A stretch of DNA of 63,004 nt, the filler included, from Octopus bimaculoides (taxonomy: Eukaryota), in the NCBI RefSeq assembly GCF_001194135.2. It is 6 parts of 6 records of this genome, joined end to end, with 100 filler letters (N's around TTAATTAATTAA, not from the genome) between each part and the next. Parts side by side here need not be neighbours in the genome. Positions count along the whole stretch, not along the records: positions 1 to 11,908 come from NC_068983.1; 5 more parts are not named here. The stretch is one strand, 5' to 3'. Positions 1 to 9,131 of the stretch are shown piece after piece (the stretch's first letter is position 1; each line of letters starts with the position of its first letter). A program made the translations under genes and the position numbers. The notes under the pieces were generated by a model. It saw only the letters and a program-made list of their open reading frames with translations. It made no database searches and was not told the DNA's origin.

Positions 1-437
1 TATATATATATATATATATATGTCTTTGTGTGGGGATGTTTTGTGTATATCCGGATGTATATATGTATGTATTTATATATATGTGTCTATATGTAGCAGC
101 AAGCGTGTGAATTGTCACAAATGAATAACTATTCATAAATCTACATGCATACACAAGTAGCTTTACAGTACAACCTCGCAGTACGGATGCACAATTATAC
201 GAGTAATTTGTTATACGAGCCGGGACTCGTGTGAATTTTCTTCTTGAAGTTCGGGTGGAAATCTGCAGTAAGTGTGAGTTTCATACAGGCTCTGAGCTTG
301 CACACGCTCTCCCAACAAGCGCAGCTTTCGTTCGCTCAGGTCACGTGTTTATCTCGTTGTGGTAGCATCTTTGTTGTATTTTTTCTTAGTTTTGTGCGCT
401 TTTTGTGATTATTTTATAATAATTAATCGTGTTAGGC

Positions 438-2202
438 ATGGTAACTAAGAAGGTTAGTGCAAAGGACAGTGTCGAGAAGAAGAAAAAGCTGATTACAATA
501 GAATTGATGAAGGAAATCATTGATAAACATGAGAGAGGAGTGTGTTTAGTGGACACAGCTCCTCAATAAGGCCAAAGCACGTCGACGATCTGGACCATCT
601 CGAAGAAAATGCATTAGACAAAGGCCGTTACAATAGAAAAGCCTGTCTCCAGTCTCTCCAAGCAACGCACATCTGCCCACCAAGAGATGGAAAAATTACT
701 TGTCCTGTGGAAAGACGAGAAGCAACTCGCAGGAGATACGATTACGGTGATCATCATCTGAGAGGAAGTACGAGCGCTGTATGGGGATCTTCTGAAGCAG
801 AATCCTGGAACATCGACGGATTAGCAGACGTATTTAAGGCCAGTCACTACTGGTTCGATAATTTTAAGCAGAGGGCTAGTGCTCATAGCGTTGTCAGATA
901 TGGAGAAGCAGCGAGTTCTGACACGAATCAGCTGAGGATTTCGTGCTTGAATTTCGTTAGCTCATCGCAGTCGAGGAGTACATCGCACAACGGGTATTCG
1001 ACTGTGATGAAACTGACCTTTTTCTGGAAAAAATGCCCAGAAGAACCTACAGAACTGCAGAAGAGAAGAAAATGCCAAGCCACAAGCCTATCATAGGCTA
1101 ACTGTCGCCCTTTGTGCCAGTGCGAGTGGAGACTTGAAGATTAATCCATTCAAAAAACCCATGAGCATCCAAGTCACACAAAATCCTGAAGGAGCAAAAA
1201 ATCAAGTCATGTGGAAGGCAAACGTTAAAGCATGGGACACCAGGCAATTCCTCACCGAGTGGTACAACCTTATCTTCGGACCAGTGCCTTATGGAAAACG
1301 ATCTTCCTATCAAGGTCCTCGTCATCCTCAACATTACTCCTGCTCACCTTCCTAACTTCGAAGATGATATCCTGGACGAATTTAAATTCATGAAAGGTCT
1401 ATACCTTTCACACAACACCTCGCCTATCTTGCAACCCATGAAACAACAGGTGATTTCTAATTTTAAGAAATTGTACACCAAACTTCTGTTTCGTCGGTGC
1501 TTTGTAGTCATCGAAAATACAAATCTAACCCTTCGTGAGTTTTGGAAGGAGCACTACAACATTGTTAACTGACTGAAAATCATCGATGAGGCCTGGCAGG
1601 GTGTAACGAGGAGAATGTTGAATTCTGCATGAAGGAAACTGTGGTCAGACTGCTTGTCCGAAAGAGACTTCGTGGAGTTTGAGTCTGAGGCAACTGTAGT
1701 CGAGGAGACAGTGTCTCTTTGTAAGTCCATAGGCCTCGAGGTTGATGATAGGGAACATTAACGATCTTGTCGAGAAACACTCAAAAGAGCTGACAATAGA
1801 TGAACTCCTGCAGCATCAGGAGCAGCAGCATTCGGATGCGGTGGAAGAGACAGGTTCCCCCGAGTAGGATAGTGTAGCGGACAAGACTATCTCTACGAAT
1901 GATATAAAAGCAGTGTTGGCAAAGTGGCAATATGTTTCTGAGTCTGTAGAAAAATATTATCCTGAAAAAGTATCTGCAAGTCGTGCAGCTGCTTTATTTA
2001 ATGACACTGCTCTGGCGCATTTTTCTAACATTTTGAAATGCAAGAAAAATGAGACTCCTCTTGCTGTTTCTAATGAAACGACCTGCAGGTGTGAAAGGTG
2101 AAAGTGTGTCGAAAAACCTAAATTAAGCGAAAGGAGAGATAAACGCCAGAAATTGTTCTTCCAGAAGTCTTAATGGAAGGAGATTCTCCTTCCAAACAAT
2201 AA
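438..2202 (+). pseudogene. Tigger (TIGD1-like) transposase pseudogene: HTH-psq, CENP-B HTH and DDE_1 domains
   Basis: ATG at 438 reads MVTKKVSAKDSVEKKKKLITIELMKEIIDKHERG. Across frameshifts it continues EMEKLLVLW, FKASHYWFDNFK, VFDCDETDLF, LPIKVLVILNITPAH and ILQPMKQQVISNFKKLY, ending EGDSPSKQ*. Many stops and frameshifts. Confidence 0.88.
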
Positions 2203-2432
2203 TACACCTCCTTCCCGCTCTATCGTCTTCCATGCACACAACTCGTCCCATCTTAAAGGTAATGGCATTAATGAAACCAGCTTACATATTTCTTTTGCAT
2301 TTTCTTTTATTTATTTTTATTTTTGTAATTTTCCTTGCAACTGCATCTATTTTGTTTTAAAACCCATAAAAATTTATTTTTAGGTGGTTTTGAGGGGATG
2401 GAACGGATTAGTTATATTTTGATTAATTTCAA

Positions 2433-2566
2433 AAGACCGCCAAAGTCGACTTTGCTTTTCATCCTTTCGGGGTCAATAAATTAAATACCAGTTGCGTACT
2501 GGGGTCAATCTAATCGATTGGCCCCTTCCCGTAAATTTTCGGGCCTTGTGCCTAGAGTAGAAAGGA
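2433..2566 (+). mobile_element. 5'-truncated tRNA-derived SINE nested in the Tigger 3' region
   Basis: Matches the window's recurrent SINE body (GTCGACTTTGCTTTTCATCCTTTCGGGGTC...GGCCTTGTGCCTAGAGTAGAA). Flanked by an 11-bp direct repeat ATTAATTTCAA at 2422-2432 and 2567-2577 (TSD). Confidence 0.85.
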
Positions 2567-2739
2567 ATTAATTTCAATAGGGAAAATTGATTTGTAAATC
2601 GAGTAAATCGTAAAACGAGCTCGGTCCTTGAACGAATTAATCTCGTACTGCGAGGTATCACTGTATATTGTAAATCAGACAAATCTGTTATGCAATAAGA
2701 ATCTTAAATATTTATAGTTGAAAATATATTTTGTCTTAC

Positions 2740-2963
2740 CGAATCCAATAGCAAAACAGTTCCCATCACTGGGCATAGAGTGTTCTGGCAAACAAATTGG
2801 CTGTACAGAACGTGACATCTTGATTTCGTCCTTCACGTGAAGAATTGTAATATTATAAACTGTGTTCACTTTTTTTGTCCAGATTTCATCCACATCATAT
2901 TCATCTCCACGATTTTTCCAAGTCGATCCAGTTTTTATAAATATATTCTCAAGCGATGTATCC
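2740..2963 (-). CDS. Internal exon of a trypsin-like (S1) serine protease homologue, middle of the catalytic domain
   Basis: Acceptor tttctcatag|G and donor G|gtaaga. 224 bp (1+222+1), open: DTSLENIFIKTGSTWKNRGDEYDVDEIWTKKVNTVYNITILHVKDEIKMSRSVQPICLPEHSMPSDGNCFAIGF(G). VQPICLP and C-F-A-I-G-F-G match the S1 PICLP and GWG motifs. Its phase-2 start fits the upstream exon. Confidence 0.88.
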
Positions 2964-3368
2964 CTATGAGAAAAAAATATTGTTACACATCATCATCATC
3001 ATCGCTTTTCCATGCTAGATGGAGCGAATGTGTCTATTGTAAAGGTTATCATCATTTGATTTCGTCTAACACCAGAGGTTTGCCCTCAATTCTCATTTTA
3101 TTTCTCACCTTTCTTCTATACTTACTGTCTCTTCAATCTTTATTCGACCCAACTTTTCGACCCATCTTGCAGCTGTCCCTTACAAATTAGATATTGTGCA
3201 TTTAGTTGTGTTTGCATCAAGCAGTGCAGAGTGTATCACTTCAGCCGTTTGATATAAAAGGATATCCTACTACACAATACAGTAACAAAAGTATTTGATA
3301 TAACCATCAGTAGATATGGATGCGAAAACGCACACACATGCACTGTATGTTTATGTGTGTGTGTGTAT

Positions 3369-3406
<38 letters not shown>

Positions 3407-4041
3407 TAGGTGCAGAGAAATTACAAAAGACGATTATATTTTGTAAGCAGTGTACGAAAAAACTCAGCAGAAGTAGTGTTGTGAGCATTTGAAGAAACCA
3501 TGACACGCTACACATGCTGTACATCTAACGTAAGTACAGGACGAGGAATTTGGAAAGGCAATCAATTATAATGATTTCAGTACATGAAAAGCACTATGCT
3601 TCAGAGAGCACAGATGGATGAAAAGTAATGGTGATCATGGCAGGATATGAAATCGAAAGGAAGAGCTGCAGCGAGTGACACAAAACAATTTGGCAAAACA
3701 CATTTTACCTGTCAGTCTATTGATCATGTATAGTTAAGCAAAAGATAAATAATATTTCATAGTTGATGGGATTAAAGTAGCAGTACAAAGCCGCGATAAA
3801 ATCTATTATGTATGTATATATATACACACACAAAGTAACAAACTAAGGGAAGGAATTCGTTCAAATAGTTGCGTAGAACACCCAGTTCAGTAGCATATAA
3901 ATAAGAGTATACTGCAAATTGCAAACAATAAATTAAATAGAGAGATTCAATTGACAATCCAGTAATTTATTTGTATTATAATATAACGTAATATACTATG
4001 AATATAATACAATATAAGATAACTTTAAAAGAACCATTAAA

Positions 4042-4146
4042 AAACCAAAAGAGCCAACAATTTGTTTCGACTTATATATATTATTTGATTTATAAACAAT
4101 TTGTATCTATTTATTTATATAATAAGTCTCTTCAAAGCTTTGGGTT
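4042..4146 (-). ncRNA. Candidate minimal type I hammerhead ribozyme (inverted arm of PLE 1)
   Basis: Minus strand reads AACCCAA-AGCU UUGAAGA GACUUAU...AUAAGUC GAA ACAAAUUGU U GGCU-CUU-UUGGUUU. Stems I and II pair, stem III is palindromic, and core position 3 is U rather than C. Confidence 0.55.
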
Positions 4147-4759
4147 AAAGACGAACGAAATTCCGTGTGAAAGTAAAAAATCAATTCAAAATGCCTATGT
4201 TTATGAACCTGAACGTTAACTTCTTAACTCCATAAACAATTACAATTTAAAACACAACAAAATTTTAAGGGACAAAATAATTATCGAAATATATTTCTAT
4301 ATATCTCAAATAATATTAATCCAAATTCGTTTAGGTCGAAAACAATATTTGGCTATTATAATAGCATACAACATCAATATATAAGTATGTAAATTTAGTA
4401 TCAGCGTCTTACTTAATCTAGAGACTGTTATAAAACGTGTAAATAAGTATAAATGATAATATAGTATTATATTGGTAATATATAACAACTCTTCCCTTTT
4501 ATTTAAAGTTATTGATATATAAATAAAGATTGTTTTAAGTAACTAACAAAAACAAATGGTCTTTATTCATTTAGTGGAAATATATGCAATTTAATCGTAA
4601 ATTGTAATTGCATGATTAACAATAGTAAAAATATTCCCAAGAACAAGTGTAGTAACTATACCTTGTAAAAAAAAATAGATATATAAATGGACTTCAGTCA
4701 AAGGATAATAAATATACGCCATATGCTAACCAGACACACCTAATGATGTTAATTATGAT

Positions 4760-5400
4760 AAAGATAATTATATTTGGTTTATTATTCCTTACGCCCGGCA
4801 AATAAAAATGAATTTGGTCAAGATTTTTACAAGCCTATATCTATGTACTTTAATAAAGAACATAAATATAATAAAATAATTAAAAATAAAAGGATTAGAA
4901 CAGGATTTTCAGTACCTAAACGTTTGTTTAGAATTATCACTTCCTTTAATAATAAAAGATTAGACAATTTTTACAAAAATAGAAATAATAATCCTATTGC
5001 AGAGAATGACCTAGCTAGAAATTGTGATTGTAGATATAAGGATAAATGCCATTTTAATAATTTTGTTTACAAAATGACATTGTATATAAGTGCAGAGTTG
5101 ATTTGGAATAGAAAAATTATTTTTACATAGACTCAAAGTAAAAATTTATTAAAAAACGAACCGCAAACCATGAGAACACCTTTAGGAATAGAGATAGGTT
5201 TAACAGTACTAGTCTGAGTAAACTAATTTGAAAATTGAAGGATAGTAATAAATTATACGATATAAATTGAAAAATACTTAGTCATGCTAGATCGTACAAA
5301 ATTAATTATGCTAGATGCAACGTAGTGTAGATGAATTATTTCAGATATTAACATAGAAGAATAAATTACTTAATGAGAAAGGCGAGTGTTCTATCTTCTA
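4760..5400 (+). pseudogene. PLE linker plus GIY-YIG endonuclease remnant
   Basis: Through frameshifts and stops: IWFIIPYARQIKMN-GQDFYKPISMYFNKEHKYNKII...FSVPKRLFRIITSFNNKRL...RNCDCRYKDKCHF..FVYKMTL..YIDSK*KFIKKRTANHENTFRN...NSTSLSKLI*KLKD...IN*KILSHARSY...RCN. This follows the recalled PLE pattern WFNPP(Y/F)S...CxC...VY...YIG...FKxR..NH..SF...T.LS..IW.LK...WKI. Confidence 0.78.
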
Positions 5401-5606
5401 AGTATTATTCTAAATATGTGTTTAGAAAATTTTATTAAGTGTGTATATATTTGTACTCGTATGTATCCATTTATATGTGTGCATATGTATGTGTATATGT
5501 ATGACTGTATATTTATATATATGTATATATGTGGGTATACGTATATATGGTTATGTTGTTTGTATTTATATCTGATGCTATGTATATTTCGACATGTGTA
5601 TGTTTG

Positions 5607-5817
5607 TATTTCTTTTTTTCTTTTACTGGTTTCTGCACGGAGACTGAGATCATGCTGGTGCACCACCTGTATTTACTCTGTGTTGTTTCAGGTATTGTTT
5701 TTGGTGAAGCAGCGAGTTGACAGCGCTGTTCTACTTTGCGTCTCCAGCCGCGATGCGGGTTCATCTTGTATCTCAAACAGAAACCTGTCCAGACGTTCCT
5801 TGAAATCTTCCACATCA

Positions 5818-5820
<3 letters not shown>
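5607..5820 (-). mobile_element. CR1-group LINE 3' fragment
   Basis: Minus strand IDVEDFKERLDRFLFEIQDEPAS resembles the LINE end at 56734-56990 (VDVGVFKSKLDLFLSRVPDEPTS). It ends in GGTGGTGCACCAGCATGATCTCAG...GAAACCAGTAAAAGAAAA. Confidence 0.7.
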
Positions 5821-5877
<57 letters not shown>

Positions 5878-6329
5878 NNNNNNNNNNNNNNNNNNNNNNN
5901 NNNNNNNNNNNNNNNNNNNNNNNNNNNNNNNNNNNNNNNNNNNNNNNNNNNNNNNNNNNNNNNNNNNNNNNNNNNNNNNNNNNNNNNNNNNNNNNNNNNN
6001 NNNNNNNNNNNNNNNNNNNNNNNNNNNNNNNNNNNNNNNNNNNNNNNNNNNNNNNNNNNNNNNNNNNNNNNNNNNNNNNNNNNNNNNNNNNNNNNNNNNN
6101 NNNNNNNNNNNNNNNNNNNNNNNNNNNNNNNNNNNNNNNNNNNNNNNNNNNNNNNNNNNNNNNNNNNNNNNNNNNNNNNNNNNNNNNNNNNNNNNNNNNN
6201 NNNNNNNNNNNNNNNNNNNNNNNNNNNNNNNNNNNNNNNNNNNNNNNNNNNNNNNNNNNNNNNNNNNNNNNNNNNNNNNNNNNNNNNNNNNNNNNNNNNN
6301 NNNNNNNNNNNNNNNNATATATATAAACA

Positions 6330-6530
6330 AGTAGTAAATGAGTATATGCATATATACGTACAGGTATGTGCATACCGACATCCACCTGTATGTATAGGTG
6401 CATATCTAGGTACAGGACATTGCAAACAAAACGTAGACGAGAAAACACACAAGCCACATAGAGAACATTCTTCTTCATCAGCTACCCCCGTTTTAACACC
6501 GGCGTTTCGAAGAGCTGGGCTAAGTATGTA
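6330..6530 (-). mobile_element. Interspersed repeat fragment, probably a PLE terminal-repeat piece
   Basis: Shares GCCCA(A)GCTC(T/G)TCGAAACGCC(G/A)GTGTTAAA with 55013-55043. Confidence 0.45.
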
Positions 6531-6755
6531 TATCTTTAAGTTTTGTCATCTTCTCTATATAATAAAAGTTGGAAAATTAGTTTCTAGTGTATTGATTCAG
6601 AATATTTTTGAATCTTTCTAGTGTAAATTCTTGTAGTTGCTGAACATATATTATTATATTAGTAATTTAATATTAATTACAAATTACAAATAAGATATTT
6701 TCAGTGTACTAAATAATTATATTCATCAATGCATTCATCTAATTTCTTAATTAAT

Positions 6756-6756
<1 letters not shown>

Positions 6757-6813
<57 letters not shown>

Positions 6814-6832
6814 AATAATAATAATAATAATG

Positions 6833-6917
<85 letters not shown>

Positions 6918-6922
6918 CAATG
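6757..6922 (+). repeat. Compound (GAT)n-(AAT)n microsatellite
   Basis: Direct reading. Explains the spurious poly-M/poly-I ORF. Confidence 0.98.
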
Positions 6923-7204
6923 ATATTGATAAATGAATAGTTTTATTTGACTTACTAACTAAATTTAATAACCCGAATAATAATTCTTATAGTATTATTT
7001 ATTTTATATCTTGTATTCGCATTGTAACAATATTATTTTGTTACTTCTGAAAAAAATTCATAAAATTTGGATATATACTAATTATAGTCCTTTGTCTAAA
7101 AACAAATAATATTGATTAGATTTACCGTGGATCGGTATTCAATCCTTGTTTTTGCTTGTCTTACTTTATTTTATATACTGAGTTCTCCCATAATATATGT
7201 ATAT

Positions 7205-7410
7205 ACTTTTCTAATCTAGGCACAAGGCAAAAAATTTTGGGGGAAGAGGTTAGTCAATTAGATTGACTCCAGTACGCAACTTTCGACCCCGAAAGGATGA
7301 AAGGCGAAGTCAACCACAGCGGAATTTGAACTCAGAACATAAAAAGCAGACGGAATACCGCTAAGCATTTCAACCCCTGCGTGCTAACATTTCTGCCATC
7401 TCGCCGCCTT
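7205..7410 (-). mobile_element. tRNA-derived SINE (AAGGCGGCGAGCTGGCAG-head family)
   Basis: Minus strand AAGGCGGCGAGATGGCAGAAATGTTAGCACG...GAGTTCAAATTCCGC with A/B-box-like motifs; same body as 2433-2566. Confidence 0.85.
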
Positions 7411-8152
7411 ATAATATACGTATATTATAAGGCGGCGAGAATAATTACCGTGAATAATTCTTTTTTAAGTAACTTCAAATATGGTTACTTCTGAAAAACT
7501 CGTAGTATTTTGAAATCCATTATTATAGCCTGACTTTTGGGTAATATAGGGTGTAGTTGTTGTAACTCAAAGTTTCTCTTCATATTTACTACGGAGTTCT
7601 CCCTCCGATTAAGTAAATAAAGAACATTTTTTGTTAGTTTTCTCTTCATATTTATTTCGAAATTCTCCCTCCGATAAACTAATTAAAACAAGAACATTTT
7701 TTTTATTTTGTTAGTTACTTTAAATAATTTTTTTTTATATCAATAACTTTATATAAAAGGGAAGAGTTGTTATATATTACCAATATAATATTATATTAAC
7801 ATTTATTATTATTTACACGTTTTATTACAGTCTCTAGATTAAGTAAGACCCTAATTTATATACATGTATATTCCATATATATTGTTGTTGTATGTTATTA
7901 TAATAGCCAAAGATTGTTTTCGACCTAAACGAATTTGAATTAATATTATTTGAGATATATAGAAATATATTTCGATAGTTGTAGATTCTATTTACTTAAT
8001 AATTTTGTCCGTTATGATTTTGTTGGTTTTAATTGTTTTAATTGTAATTGTTATCTAGTTGAAAAGTTAACGCTCACGCTCATGAACATAGGCATTTGAA
8101 TTAATTTTTTTACAATTCAACTGTCCTTTCACACGGAATTTTGTCTGTCTAT

Positions 8153-8250
8153 AAACCAAAGCTTTGAAAAGATTTATATAAATAGATACAAATTGTTTAT
8201 AAATCATATAATGTATATAAGTCGAAACAAATTGTTGGCTCTTTTGGTTT
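8153..8250 (+). ncRNA. Candidate minimal type I hammerhead ribozyme (3' terminal repeat of PLE 1)
   Basis: AAACCAA-AGCU UUGAAAA GAUUUAUAUA...UAUAUAAGUC GAA ACAAAUUGU U GGCU-CUU-UUGGUUU. 10-bp stem II, stem I of 4+7 bp, U3/A8 core, GUU triplet at 8234-8236. Confidence 0.55.
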
Positions 8251-8364
8251 TTCAATGGTTCTTCTAAAGTGATCTTCTATTATATTATATTCATAGTATA
8301 TTATGTTATATTATAATACAAATAAATTACTGGATTGTCAATTAAATCTTTATTTAATTTATTG

Positions 8365-8412
<48 letters not shown>

Positions 8413-8414
<2 letters not shown>

Positions 8415-8580
8415 TGAGTGGTTGGCGTTAGGAAGGGCATCCAGCTGTAGAAACTCTGCCAAATCAGACTGGAGCCTAGTGTTGCCATCCGGTTTCACCA
8501 GTCCTCAGTCAAATCGTCCAACCCATGCTACCATGGAAAGCGGACGTTAAACGATGATGATGATGATGATGATGATGATA
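8413..8580 (+). mobile_element. 3' part of SINE with (GAT)n tail
   Basis: GAGTGGTTGGCGTTAGGAAGGGCATCCAGCTGTAGAAAC...CATGGAAAGCGGACGTTAAACGATGATGAT. Related copies at about 15420-15540, 20575-20620 and 59676-59760. Confidence 0.85.
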
Positions 8581-8632
8581 TATATATACACACACAAACA
8601 CATACAGTCGATAATGTTAACAAAATACTTAC

Positions 8633-8828
8633 AGGGAGTAATGAGGAAGAAGGACATGGTGACTGTCGATTATTACTGCAGGGATTTTAAAAAACGAATA
8701 CGTGTCCCAAGGGGATGTATATTGCTTATGGACTGACGCAGACCAGGGCCATTCTCCATCCAAAGCGAATTGTCCACTATTGCTCATTGCACTGGATTCA
8801 ATAGAGCCCATCATTCGAGTTCCACATT
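8633..8828 (-). CDS. Exon of the same serine protease homologue: linker Cys and N-terminal part of the trypsin domain
   Basis: Acceptor cataatctcag|AA and donor CT|gtaagt. 196 bp (2+192+2), open: xCGTRMMGSIESSAMSNSGQFALDGEWPWSASVHKQYTSPWDTYSFFKIPAVIIDSHHVLLPHYSL. CG...GEWPW is the S1 zymogen pattern. Splices in frame (CT+G=Leu) to exon 2963-2740. Confidence 0.86.
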
Positions 8829-9131
8829 CTGAGATTATGACGAAAAGTTAAATAAACAAAGAAATAAATGTAAAACAAAATATTTCAAGTTTTTCCACAA
8901 AGAACAGTAATTGTAAATGTGTTTTAAGAAACAAGTTTTAACAACTGCCTATTTGAAGTAGATTCAAGAATTCTAAAGCATTGGAAATTAGCACGAATTA
9001 TTAGATCGATTATTTTAAAAGCTAATCGAGAATTTTTCTCTTCCATCAAATTCTTGGCATGGAAATTAAATTGTAATTGGCTTTTAGACAGTCATCATGA
9101 AAAAGGAGATTAAGTGACTTTAAATAATTAT

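Larger units (their letters stand above)
166..2663 (+). mobile_element. Tigger/pogo-family (Tc1-mariner superfamily) DNA transposon, full length, decayed
   Basis: TA|CAGTACAACCTCGCAGTACG at 166 and CGTACTGCGAGGTATCACTG|TA ending at 2663 form a 20-bp TIR with 3 mismatches and TA target duplications. About 2.5 kb long with a transposase remnant inside. Confidence 0.92.
3924..8366 (+). mobile_element. Penelope-like retroelement 1: 5'-truncated, C-terminal GIY-YIG, with inverted copy of its 3' end; interrupted by later insertions and a gap
   Basis: About 3924-4560 is the reverse complement of about 7690-8366. Between them lies a decayed PLE ORF end. The right end abuts a (TA)n tract. The whole element sits in the protease-homologue intron. 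Confidence 0.8.

Noticed and set aside
5225-5275. Two conserved Trp positions of the PLE 1 nuclease read TGA, suggesting UGA recoding (Trp or Sec)
   Set aside because: TGG is used for Trp upstream in the same ORF, and TAA/TAG stops and frameshifts are also present. Ordinary G>A decay explains it.
6465-6525. Additional hammerheads at 6465-6525 (minus), 54989-55043 and 59312-59345
   Set aside because: Each has GAAAC plus a helix-III-like palindrome, but CUGANGA is absent or not positioned to close stems I and II. At most they are relics.
5386-6621. Long ORFs in the supplied track (e.g. 411, 482 and 372 aa; poly-YI, HT, CV, I, L, N)
   Set aside because: They run through N gaps and di- or tri-nucleotide microsatellites and have no coding signal.
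7572-7713. About 66-bp tandem duplication
   Set aside because: Real but unremarkable; it lies within the PLE 1 3' region.
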